In this document: piece after piece, positions 37,352 through 50,154 of the stretch | Layout of the letters: every line of letters begins with the position of its first letter | How positions within the stretch are numbered: the stretch's first letter is position 1 | Assembly: GCA_038496445.1 (NCBI GenBank) | Contig: JALMLS010000165.1 | Span: forward strand, 107,576-171,575 | Length of the DNA: 64,000 nt | Direction of reading: 5' to 3' | Source: Trichosphaerium sp. ATCC 40318 | Lineage: Eukaryota; Protista; Tubulinea | Translations under genes and position numbers: made by a program | The notes under the pieces: model-generated | Databases searched by the model: none | What the model saw: the letters and a program-made list of their open reading frames with translations, nothing else | What the model was told of the DNA's origin: nothing

Positions 37352-40300
37352 TTACAGTTCTTCGTTAAACTCAATATCATTGCCATCATCACTACCATCA
37401 TCACTACCCATACTCATTTCTTCTAAGCTGGCGTCACTATCCTCATCAAGGATATTGGACGAGTCAACATAATCTAAAACTAAATCTGTGATGCTATCTT
37501 CATCGCTGTCATTTACAGATACTTCGTCTAGGTTTATACCCTCTGGAACGTCTATATCGTCATCCATTTCTATAATATTTTCATCACCGTTCTAAAAGGA
37601 ATTATGTCAGCACAAACGCTATGCCACGTGACGGACTGTAAGATAAAAAAAAAAAAGTGCAAAAAATAGTTTTCCGCTTTCTTTTCTGTAAGTTGGATCG
37701 GAGCAAAGATAATGTAGTGTAAGGAATGGTACTTTGGTAATATGTAATTTTTTTGTTCAGAAGCAGAGTAAATGCATGTTTTGGAAGCAGAGTAAAAGCA
37801 TGTTTTGGAAGCAGAGTAAAAGCATGTTTTGCGGGTTTGTTTTTGTAGTCATTTTTATTACCTGTTTTGCTGGCATTGATGTGTATTTTCCTTTACCCTT
37901 TTTGCATATTTTCTTGCATCCAATGATACAACACATTGTCAAACAAGCTATGAACATTACCAAGAATATTCCTAAACACAACAAAGCGATTAGTTTTCTA
38001 CCAAAGAAGTATCACTAATAAAAAAAAGCATACCAATGAGTCCTCCAATGAGTATTGCCAGAGTAGTTTCCATTCCATCTCCCCCTTTATCATCCAGTAC
38101 AGTCACTGGATCTCTACAATTATATGGAGGCTAAAAAGAAGGTGAGAGACAGTAACGTAAAAAAAAATAGCAATTCTTCAAAAAAAAATCAAAAATGTAA
38201 TAGAATACGTATCCATACATCAAATATCAAGCCCTCAGCACAAACAATGTTAGTACATCCCAGGTCATATTTGAGTGTATCTGGATTACATTCTTGAGTT
38301 CCATAACCACGTGATACCTAAGAACACAACAAGTGAGACAACTTTTTTTTGTAGGAACAAAAAAAGCCTCAAAACGTACATAGCAAGTTATGTGTGTCCC
38401 TGGCTCGCACTCATCAGTAGCCTTGTATTTTGTGCTGACCTCAACATACAACCACAAAGGATCATTGTAGCTGTAGAACAAATAAGTAAAAACCAAAAAA
38501 AGTTGACAATAGAAACTAAAACAAAGGTCGCTGCTGCACATCATAACTAACCTCTTGCTTGTCAGCTGGATGTGATGATTTGATATGTCTTCTCTAAACT
38601 CTTCAGGTAGTAATTCTCTTTCAGGATCTTCTTTCCAGCTAACATTATCGTCAGACCAAAAAAAATCAAGCGCAAAAAAAAAAAAGAAAAGCGACTTAAA
38701 ACACACGTGTATATCTCTCTTATTGCCCATCTGAAAACAGCTGTTGAAGGCATCAAAGGTGGAACAGTAACATGGTTAGTTAAGTTAAGGTGCTTGATAT
38801 CTTTTTGTATTGAAGCAAGGGAGTAAACTTGACCTCCAGGGAAGCTAGAGAATGACATATTCCTACCCTAAAGACCGACTCATAAGTATGATAGGAGCAA
38901 TGTTACCACTCTTGCAATATTACCTGTAAACCACCTACTACTACAGTAGTTACTCCTGCTGTTTCTTGAAGCGCTCTAGAGAATACAGCACATGTACTGC
39001 CACAATAACCTTGGGTTTAAGTTAGTTGGCGTTCTGAAACTTATACGGCTTACCAAAGCTTAAGAGAACTACTGATGCTGGAGTGTATGTATAGTGTCTT
39101 GGTTTAGGCCATTTAGCGTAAACTTCAGTGCAGTTGTCGTAAATTCTTTGGGAGAAAACACGAATACCTAATTGTAGAAAAAAGTTGTAAGCATGCCTTT
39201 GCTGTTGAAGTTGTTGGCCGTCTAAAATGTTATTTACCTGCTCCTCTATTGCGTGCTACTCCTTGAGTCATCCATGAATCATCTGTATATGCCTCACTAG
39301 TGTTATAGTTTCGCCACTTTAAGTGAGAAGTTAGATTTATTCAAACATAAAAAAGGAACTTCGTTTTAACGCACATTTGAAGGTCCCCACATTGTTTCGG
39401 TATCATTCTTCATTGATGCTTCTGTAGCTAATGTCTCTTGTAGTGGTGTCTAGAAGTAAAAGAAATTATTTCGAAAATAATCTAAATGAGTAAAGGTACC
39501 TGAACAAAATCATACTCTCCTTTAGGTGCAGGTTTGCCTTATAATAATTTTTTAGCACCTTAAAACTTTTTTGTTTTCTTACCTAACAAAAACTCTATCA
39601 ATGCATATCCGGCACATATATTTCCTCCACCATTATTCCTAGCTCACTGTTAGCAAAGTGTACTCAACGAAGCTTGATGAGAATACCAAACAAGTGTACC
39701 TTAAATCGATGATCATATTAAAAAGTTTATGATCTTGAGCGAGTTCAAGTCCTAGAGGGTTGTTAAGCAGTTCCTTTCTTTTATTGTATCATGGTATGGT
39801 ACCTTTTAATACTTCAAGACGGAATAATTCAGAGTCATGTGGATGGAAGCTTGCGATACGAAGAACGACAGTATCATTCTGTACTTTAAAAAATTGCACA
39901 GCTTTTTCCTTTCCTTCGTACAATACCGATACAGGCGCAGCTATTGATTTGTTAGAGGATATGTTCTTGATACATATGTTGCGCACGTAGTTTAGCTTGT
40001 GTTTCATTGGTTGAACTGATTGATTCCAATGAACGTTTGGTTTGTACATCAAGAAGCTTTTTTTTTGATGAATTAGTTCGAGGTTTTTTTTTTCATTGGT
40101 TAAAGGATTGCTTACTGTGTTGTAATATTTCTTGTTTTCTTTCGTCCATACGTTGTCTGTAGATACTTCGATATCGCTTAAGATTGATTCATTTGTGTTC
40201 TCATCAGTTATGCTAGCAGCAGCATAACGTCCTTGTAGCTGATCTTTTGATGATATTTTCTATTGAAAGAGTTATTAAGTGTTAACCTTTCTCATCGTTA

Positions 40301-42261
40301 ATGTATTACCATCTTGCTATGTGCCACCCAAGGAAATGTTACAGTAGTATTAGTGCCATTGATTGACAACTTATAAGTGACAGAAGGATTTTTAGGAACA
40401 GGATGGAGTTTAATATTTCTCATCGAGAACAAACCTAGAATGTATATGTCACCATAACAAACTCACCTTGTCGTTCATACCTTTGATCAACGCCATGTTA
40501 AATCTTGTACCCAAGTCCTTACTGTATCCAACCTTAGTTTTAGCAAACTCAGTAAGATGCTCTAAAGCATCTTCTCCATCTATTTCAATAACTTCAGCAC
40601 CTATAAAAAGAATAAGAAAAATATAAGAATGTCAAATGTGTCACTACCATTCAAAGAAGTGTCTGTGGCATTTCTGACGAAAATCTGTTGTTTCTTTGGT
40701 ACTAATGATGCATTTGTGTTTTCTGGTATGTAACTGGATAGTAGGAATGGTTGTAAGAAGACAACATCATAGCTATGAGGCTTGTAGTAAATAGTATGTG
40801 CATCATTTAGCTTTAAAAATATTGCAGCTAATCTTTCATGAAATTCAATACTTGATAACGTTTGTGTTTCGTTTAAAAATGCTCTACGTAAATGTTAATA
40901 TTGTTATACATCACTACAAGTATTCTTTCTTTTCATGTGACGCACTTAAGTTCAGTTTTAGTATCACTATCAAGTAATATCTTATTTATATCCAAAAAAA
41001 CATATGACTCTAGTACTGATAGTATTGCTTGTATTGTTTGGTTTCTGTCTTCAATAGGTGCTTCTAGAGACTCTAAACACGATTTCATTTTACTGTACTC
41101 AACCAACGAACACGCTTCAAAATGACAAGCGTCACTAACACAAAACTATTAGCAAGAACATTCATAAAATAGAAAAATAAAATGCAAAAAAAACATACGC
41201 GCAAAATGGACCTGACATTGCACCAGTACAGTTGACTGCAACTTGTTCTAAGATATTGTGTTAGTAACGAATATTATTACCATAAAATAAATGAAGTTAA
41301 CATACTCTTAACACCAGTAGTAACAGAAGATCCGTTAACAGAAACGTAAAATCCAAAAGAAGAATTTTGGATAACATTCACACCATCTGTGCTACAAGCA
41401 CCAGAATCATCACAATATTCGCCTACAGAACATCCAGAAATTGCAGAACCCGGTATATCACAATCTAGACGAAGTAATCAACAAGAGACTCAAAAAAACG
41501 CAAAAAAGAGCCCAAAAACAGGCAAAAAAAAAATACAGAATTCTCAGCGATTTTCTTGTACTTTGATTGTTGTTGTTTTCGTACCTGGGTCATAAACTCC
41601 ATGTCCACAGTCACAGACACCGTCATCTTTGTTGTATCCATTCACAGCATTGGTTGAAGGAAGATCACAAGATGCACCAGCGTACGCTGGTTTACACTTT
41701 ACCTCACAAATACCGTAAGAAGGTCCAGTTCTTTGAGTGTATTCTCCTAACGGTTCAAGTTAGAAAATTGTAGAATCGCATTGATATGCTATAAGATGCG
41801 TTGGAAACGCTGCGCTTATGCATAAGCGCCAAAAGGAGGATAATACAACGGCAGAAGTCGGTGAAATTTGATGTACCGCGGTTTAGCACTGTATTTGTGC
41901 AATTAGTGCATTTTCCATCGTATCTAGAGGTTATTTAGGTGCTGGCTAACAAGAATTAAGTAGATACCCGCAAAAGCTTCCAGCATCGCATCCAAGTATC
42001 TGTTTATGATATCCATCGCAATCTAGTGCGCTTTAAGTAACCTACAAGCGGATTTTCGTTACCTGGATCGTAAACACCGTGATTGCAATCGCAAGCACCT
42101 CCAGTCGCCCATTTATCCTTTCCACCAGTCCATTCGTTCGGTGGCGTACATCTATAGCGTTTTAACAAATAACAACCTTTAGAATCGCCGCACGTTATAT
42201 TTAATGCTGCACAGGCGCCCAAAAAAGCTAAAAGGGCTATCAAAAGGGCAAACGCTCGCAT
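37352..42261 (-). CDS. Type I membrane peptidase S41-family protein with Cys-rich repeats, many exons
   Basis: Signal peptide MRAFALLIALLAFLG, two CDCxHGVYDP repeats, LNDAHT, GAEVIEIDG, IIDLR|NNGGG, YCGSTCAVF, FPGGQV, a TM segment LCLGIFLVMFIACL, and an acidic tail. Confidence 0.85.
37760..37831 (+). repeat. Intronic 24-bp tandem repeat x3
   Basis: GAAGCAGAGTAAAAGCATGTTTTG repeated head to tail. Confidence 0.9.
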
Positions 42262-42535
42262 TCCTGTTGACACTTTTGTATAAATCGGTAAGCACGCGAA
42301 TAAAAAAATGTTACTTAACTACTCACATTTACACGTCACGTGTTCTCAAAAATATCGGTTGAAATAATTGATGAAAGGGTATTCAGCCTTGAGAAGTTTA
42401 AAGAGTTTGGCCAAGAAAGGCTTGCAAGAATCTTTTATTTACACTTTTTTTTTTTTTTTCAATCGGAAAAAACATGTCGTGAGCTTTCTTTGATCTATCA
42501 GTCTCTGCATGTTTATCAACACGTGATTTTTTGGT

Positions 42536-45150
42536 TTACTCTGTTTTTGATGCTACAACACACCAATTTTGATGATCATAGTAGCTCTCTTCAATCTTCA
42601 CATTAGGTAACTTATTAAACAAACCTTCTAACTCTCCTTTAACGAAAACATGATAAAATCTTTTCAATATCTTCTTCTCTCCTTCTTCTTTTTCTTCTTT
42701 TTTATATCCAGATGATATACTAGATTCCTTTGACTTCTTATTTACATTCTTACTAAGATGCCAAGGCACAAAGCAATCCTGTGCTGGAAAATCTCTTTCG
42801 TTTTGTTCAAAAGCCCAAACATAAACAAGAACCTTACCACCTGGCCTTAGGATACGTACAAGCTCTTGTAAACCTCTAAGCCTATGCGTTTCACCTGCTA
42901 GATGATGAACAACAGCTATGCTCATAACAACATCAAAGCTATTGTCTTTGAAAGGAATATTAAGAATATCCGTGACTGATATCTCAAACCCTCTTTTGTG
43001 ACAAATTTTAGCGAGCTCAACAGATCTATCACTTCCAAGCTTTACGACACTCTCATTAATATGAAGATACCTTCCATTACCACAACCTAAAATCATTTAA
43101 TAAAGAAATAAAAAAGAGAAAAAGGAGAAACGAACCAATATCAATAACGATTGATCCTTTTTTAACATTAGAAACAAATTCTTTTATTTTTGGCCAAGGT
43201 CTGTATCTTGTTTCACTAAAGTGCTCCGCAATTTCATTGTATACATCTTTAACATACTCTGATTCCTAAAATAACGAAATGTGTTACTCACCAAAGAAGC
43301 AAAAGACGCAAAAAATATTGTTGGAATGAAAGAATAGATAACATTAAAAAGCTAAGACCGCAACTCTCTAAGGCTCTTAAAAGGACGATTGGAGTCTAGT
43401 ATCGTTACCAAAGAGCATAAAGATTAAGTGGTTGGTCTCAAGATTATAACGTGCAATTGTGGTGATGAAAAACGTCACTTTGCACTTTTTTTGGAGCAAC
43501 TTTCCCAAAGAGGGTAAAATTAGTACATACCAACACTGTTGTTTTTATAGGTTGAATATCTTCTAAAACCTTGACATTCTGTGCATCGGAGTAGAACGGA
43601 ATTTGGCCTTCCTTTGGAGATAATAGAACCTTATGTGGAAAACCCAATTAATACATAAAACAACACAAACAACACTCAAAAAACCCCCAAAAAACAACAA
43701 TTAATCGCTTACTTTACGAAGTGTGAGTGATACACGACGACCACGCTTGACACGAAGACCATCTATATAATCACATTTTCTAGGCATGATACCATGTGTC
43801 CATGCATATCGACACTCTCCCCTAAAGAACAATATTTGTTAGCTTTATTTTGCAACATATGTTGTTTTTAAAAAAAAAGCATTCTAGAGGTTTCTTTAAC
43901 GTACTGCATACAAAGAAATGCTCTTCTTGGGAAATATATTTGCTTATCGCCATGGTCAGGGTTTCTCATTTCAAACTAAAGCAGATAGAAATAAGAAAAA
44001 AAACCAAGGAACAAAAAGGAAAAAAGAAAAACCTAAAAATTCTTCGCATACCACTACGTCTGATACCATGCTTATTGAGATTATACCATCATCGAAAATA
44101 GCACATATATCTGTGTGAGGAAGTATACCTTGACCAGGTAGGTACTCATTTACAGTCAATTGATCAGGAACGAAGGAAACTACAAATTTTTACATTAGTG
44201 TCAAATAATTTAAAGAGTGGAAAAATTGACTTGCCTAGTTTTTGTTCTACAAGCCTATCTACAATAGGTTTAACCCATACAGGTAATTCCTGACGAGGTA
44301 CACTATCGTCAATAGTGAAACCTTCGTAAACAAATCTATAACCATAGTGTTGAACACGGCGTTTGTTCAAAAGCTTCAAAAAAAAGATTAACATTTCGAG
44401 AAAAAACTGAAGCAAACTTACATCCCATGGTTGCTTGTCAATCTCTGCTATAATACTTGCTTCCTCTTCCTTTGTCATAAATTCTTTAATAAGTGTCAAA
44501 CCAGGTATCGTATCTGGATCAGCTAGAAAGGGAGTTAAGACGAAATCTTGAAATAAGAACATCAAAAAAAAAAAAAAGAAGAAAAAGCCATCAAAGAAAA
44601 CTGCGACGTTAACGCACACAAGTACGTCTCTGGTGGTCCCTCTATGCTAAACTCAAAGTATACATATTTATTAAGCTCTTCACAACGTTCCATGTGCCAT
44701 CTATCCCTATAAGCAGCTGCAGACTCTAAAATAACGATTAAATTCCAAATATTCTTGCTATCCATCGCAAATCATCTAAAATATTGTGTAAACGCCATAC
44801 ATACCTGGTGTGTCGAAAGTGAGGTAGATGTAACTCTTTTTGGGAACCATAACGATGCGTTCGAAGCCAGGTGCCTTAGAAAATAACTCATTTAGTTGAG
44901 CGGGTTCGCTTCTGCTTTCTTCGCTACAATTAGCTACGAACAGCCATTTTGTTGGTGTTTCTGAAATAACTTCTTCAATTGGCTTTCCTGACGTCCGTGT
45001 GAGTTTATTTTACGTATTAGCGGAAGTACCATGAGCTGCTGAAATTGCTCTACGCAATTGGTGTGCTTTACGTTTTAATTTGTTCATCTGCTTTTTAGAG
45101 CGCGTTGGCCTTGGGTTTGGAATGTCTTGTGTTGTTTTTGGTTCTGCCAT
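42536..45150 (-). CDS. ALKBH8: tRNA wobble-uridine modification enzyme (RRM + AlkB + methyltransferase)
   Basis: RRM (KSYIYLTF), [77 protein letters not shown] and [11 protein letters not shown]. Confidence 0.95.
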
Positions 45151-45675
45151 TTTAGTAGATCACTATTTAGCCCTTCCAACCTTGTTATACTATAGTGCTT
45201 GCTGCGTTACAGCGTATTTTTGCGTAATAATAAACAGCTGTTTATTTTCCGATAAATTTCTTAGGCGGAAGTGAAGTCAATAGTAGTTCAAACTCAAACT
45301 CTCTTCATCAGTCTCCTCTAGCAGACCTTGTACAAAGCTTTCCATTGATACCAATGTAGCGCCTTACGCGTAATAGAACCTTAAGGTATTGATTTGTGAC
45401 AAAACACATCACGTGTTTTTTTGTTTACGTCAAATTCTAAACCTTTTACATTTTTGTAGAGTGTATCACAATACTACGCAATAGAACTTTCCAGCAGCGA
45501 AACAATGCACGTGCTTTACCACGATTCGCAGCTCATAGTGCAAGCGACTGCTTTGTTTTGGACAGTTTGTTTTGAGCGAGTTTGTGCACACTAGTCAAGT
45601 TGAACAATGTGGAACTTGACTTTTTTATGACTAGCTCAGGTGACACGAGATCGCAACGCTCCATATTATATTCTA

Positions 45676-46890
45676 ATGGGCAACAAAACATCGTCCAGTA
45701 CAAATCAAAAGTCACTCGATAACAAGTAAGAGCGAAATATGGGCTTTTCGACCATTTACTGAACTAGTAACTCATTCCAGGATACAATAAAGCTGATACA
45801 AGAAAAGAGCTCAGAAATCACTAACAAGTACAGCGAATTTCTTACTTGCGCTGAGAGTTTATGGACAAGTAATAAGCCTGGTACAGATTCTGATGTTATG
45901 CTTAACGATCTGTACGTATTAGAACATAATTTGAAAAGCAGAGCACAAGTTGCGAAGCGGTTTTTTTTTTTTTTTTTTTTCGTTTTTGGACTAAAAAAGA
46001 TCTTCTCCAGAGCAGAGGATATAGCGTCGTTTCGTTTATTTCTAGATTCAGTCAGTGGAGATATCGAGCAAGCACGTAAAAAAGGCGAAACGGCGGACAA
46101 TGCTGTTTTTACAGAGGTATGATGCGTTGTAGCTGTTTAATGATGTATTGTTTACATAGTAATAGGAACAAGAAGAACAAATACGTACTCTAATGGCTAC
46201 ATTTGATGAAACTAGAACAAAATTCCAAGGAGACATTAATAGAATATCTGGTATCTTGCACAAGTGCGTAAACACTCAAAAAAACTCAAAAACTCAAACT
46301 CATCACGTGATATATAACTACTGTCATTTCATTGTTTAATTAAATTTATTAAAGACATGGGAGATCAATATCGCCTTCGCTACTAAGCGCTAGTACACGT
46401 CCTGATTTAAAATCAAAGATAAACCTAAAAGATGAAAAAGAACATATAGCCGAGGATATAGCTTGGTTAGATGAGATAATAACGACATACGAAGCACAGA
46501 AAGATAATCTACCAGCAGGAATGAGTTTGGACGAGTTAAAAGAGTTGAGAAATGGAATGACGACTCAAATGGAGAAAGATGCTGTTGATAAGCGACAAGT
46601 TGTTAGTTTACGATGGCGTATGTCACAGAATAGGGAAAGATTCAATTCTGCGGTGTCTTCGCGATCAAAGTTGGTTTCTAGATCTCCTACAGGTTCAGCT
46701 GTGTCTTTTAGACCAGCTGGGCGTGGTGCGGCAACGTCAGTCGCAACTGGACGCAGTGGTGAGTATTTGTTGTTATTCTTTCGTCTTACGTCCTATAGCC
46801 GCTGGTAGCGCTCCTTTGATGCCATTAGTAGAGCACTCAGATAACCTAAAACAAGATCACAAACAAAGCTCCTCATTTTTATGTTGCTAG
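45676..46890 (+). CDS. Coiled-coil hypothetical protein with MGNKTSS N-terminus and FLCC C-terminus, multi-exon
   Basis: Exons join in frame through GT-AG introns, linking track ORFs 45898, 46521 and 46579. Confidence 0.6.
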
Positions 46891-47022
46891 TTGTCAGGTC
46901 AAGAAAAACAAGCAATTAACGCGTTTGCGATGTATCATGTTCGATTTTACCGATTTGTAACCGAGGTCTTCTCTTTTCTTTGTAAACTTATTAAAAACTA
47001 TTACAAACACCGTTTATTACTC

Positions 47023-48123
47023 ATGAATGTCCTCACATTACCTTCTGAATTATTGTCAGAGATATTAGCATGTTTAGAAGTGGAAAATATGGCGACGTTA
47101 CAGTTAGTGTCACACAAAGTTTATACACTCGTTGTCTCTTCAACGCTTCTTTGGCATGAGTATTATCAAAAAGCTCAATGGCGCTTCATTACAAAACTTA
47201 CAGTTCCTGTTGATAAAACTTTACCTACGCTGCACCCCTGGTGTGCTTGGCGCGTCTCATTCGTGTATAGCACGATTAAAGAAGAGTATGTGTAAATTAA
47301 CTGTAATTCGCGTAAATAACATCTAAACAGATCAGAATATAACTACAGAGTAAAGCTAGCTGCTTCTCCGGTGGCAACTTGGATTGAACGTCATTTTATT
47401 GGCCAACCACCTCATCCGCGTTGGCAAGGATGGGAAAGACGCTATTGGGTACAAAAAAATCACTTTCTTTTTATGCCAAAAGAGTTCAAATCGACTTTTT
47501 TGTTAAAACGGCTTTCATTAACAACCTGCCCGTTTAAGCTCTTTATGGAGAGATCAATCACTGCTTTTGTGGATGAGACAATGCTTTCACCTGTTTGTAG
47601 GTTCCCTTTGTCATCTTTGAGCCGTGTAATAGTACGCAAAACACTTTTTTTTTTGGATCTTTTTTTTCTGGCTTACAGTTCGTTATTTTTATTTAAAACG
47701 TTTCTAAACGCGCTTTTATAGCGTATTTTATACGTCAACAGCTATTGATGCACCTTAAAAAGGTTTTTAAACTGCAAAATAAGGCAAATTCTAAAGTTTT
47801 TTTTGTGTTCCATTTTTCTCCTTTTCTTTTCGTCGTTTGACGTTTTTTCTTGTTTAGGTAGTTGATAAAAAAGACCAAGAAGCCACTGATAAGAGAGATT
47901 TCTGCTTTACTATAAGTCACACAACATTTGATTTACTTTTTGCTTTTAAAGATGAAGAAACGTTCAAGTATGTCTTTTCGGGTGGTCTTGTAAATTATGA
48001 ACATCTAATCACGTGTTTAGTATTTGGAAGACAAAACTTGAAGTTACACTTGAACCAGAGAAGTATGGTATGCCTAAAAGTGTTACTTTTGAAGATCCTT
48101 TTGATTTCATTGCAAATACATAA
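47023..48123 (+). CDS. F-box + PH-like domain protein, multi-exon
   Basis: VLTLPSELLSEILACL F-box, followed by PH-like WERRYWV, DFCFTI and terminal helix DEETFNIWKTKL. Confidence 0.7.
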
Positions 48124-48675
48124 AAATGTCAACTTTTTGGAATCAAACACGTGTGACATCGTTTTGGTTTTTTTTGTATGCATGAGAGTATGAATACACG
48201 TTGTGTTTCAAAAACACCTATGTACCGTATTTATTTTTATTTTGCAATTTATTAGACTCAGGTTGTGTAGCACGTGGCAACAACTTGGTAAGAGAATTTT
48301 TTTTTGTTGGATTGTTTTGCGTGTGATCATACACTGTAATAAGTAAACTATGATTTACTATTATTTAAATACAAGAGTTGACCTGATAACGCAATTGTGA
48401 ATAGTCAAAAGCCATTGCGAAAAGTAAGAAAATTTTAGAAAACGGAAACTGAGAAAATTGTAGAAAACAGAAAATAATCGGACCTATTTTGTTTTTACCT
48501 CAAAACATAGCCTGAGTCTATAACCGTACATTGTACATCAAAGTGGAATGTCTCTTATTCCAAGCCTAGTGTAAAGCATTCTTTGAAAATGACACTTCTT
48601 TTTCTTGCCGTTTTTTTGGTCAACGTTTTTAATACAGGTACATTATCAAGTACAAACAACGGTTAACAACACATC

Positions 48676-48957
48676 ATGGAACGTGTAGCTTTTTATGCCG
48701 ATATTACACCGGTTTCTCGGGCTACATCTGAGTGGGATGAGTACCTTAATGTTACTATAAACGAAAAAAATGAAACCTTTGAGGCAATACACCAAGAGCA
48801 ACACTCTATGGGTTCATATAATGTGCTAAGCAAAGATACAGGTAAAACGAAGAAAGAAAAAGGACAATACATCTTAGAAGGCTATGGTACAATCTCTACA
48901 TCGTATATGTTGACACCAAAGAATGGGATGACAATTCAACTTAAACAACACTATTAA
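48676..48957 (+). CDS. Small hypothetical protein
   Basis: 93-aa ORF with protein-like composition and a downstream AATAAA; no recognisable motif. Confidence 0.35.
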   Translation: MERVAFYADITPVSRATSEWDEYLNVTINEKNETFEAIHQEQHSMGSYNVLSKDTGKTKKEKGQYILEGYGTISTSYMLTPKNGMTIQLKQHY

Positions 48958-50154
48958 AAAAAAGAACAATGGATGTTATTGTATCACAAAGGGCGATCTT
49001 TTTGGTTTCATTTATTAATAAATAAGTGTATTAATATGTCGTGTACTTCTTCGCTCTAGTGTTTGCCGTAGATTCTATGCAGAAGTAGAGAAAGGATCTA
49101 GAAGGTTGTTAGCTACAGCGACACGTGACACGTTCCTTGTTAGGAAATCGAAGTCAGAGGTAGCGAAAAACAACTTAAACTTACATTTACAGGTAGGCAA
49201 TGATGGTTCAGTGTTCAACATACGTGTCTTCTAATAATACTGATAAGTTGACTGCTGTCGACATTATGTTCAAAAAAATATGGACTCTTCTTGATCTATT
49301 AGACCAAAGCAACCTATTATGCTGTGCCTCCAAGATCTTCATGACCTTTGTACGGATTAATAGTATACATTCTTGATGGAACTTACTGTCTGCGCATAGC
49401 CAATGATGTAGCGAGACCGCCTTTCTAACTTTGAGAAGTCGTTGATTATGCATACACGTAAGCAACTACCTGTTTAAATAGCAATTCTCCAGAGTTTAAC
49501 GAACAATTTTTTTAAAGGAGGCTGACAGTGCCTGTTGATTCACGATATGAAACAACATCTACACTGCTTAGTAGGATTCTGAGGGTAGAGTTATATGAAA
49601 TGAAACATCAGTCGTGTGTATTTAAAGGAATCTTCACCGCAGTGCCACCAAAGCTTGATTCTAACATGTTGTAATACTAGAGAGATTGAAGAAATGTATA
49701 AACAATCAGCAACCAACTCAACCGAAATCGCAGGAACATCTGCTTTGGACAAAAACAAACTCCAACAAAAAAACAATTATTGCAAGTATCCACCTCAAAA
49801 GTGGTCTTTCACACCTTGGTATTATTGACCTGTTGCATATTGTACCATTTGTACAGGTCAATAACATCAAGATCTCTTAGAGATAATGCACATATGTGAA
49901 CGGTGGCGTGAGAGCACAGGCTGACAATGGCAAAGTTAAATACTTCTTTCTTATTCATATTGAGCAATTGTTCCTTCTGTAGTACAACTGTTAAATATAT
50001 TAATATTAACTTAATATCATAGTGATGTGCTCTAACACTTTATTGGGTTACATCTAAATCTTTTTGTCCTCTATCTTCACATTTTTTATAAGTTGTCTGT
50101 TTTCATCCAAATCCCAAATCTTCAACTTCACCAGTTTATTGTCAACCCACATAT

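Noticed and set aside
49200-49960. Further LRR pseudogene remnants (also 17500-18560 and 23900-24250)
   Set aside because: Only faint LRR-like words were seen, with no alignable block.
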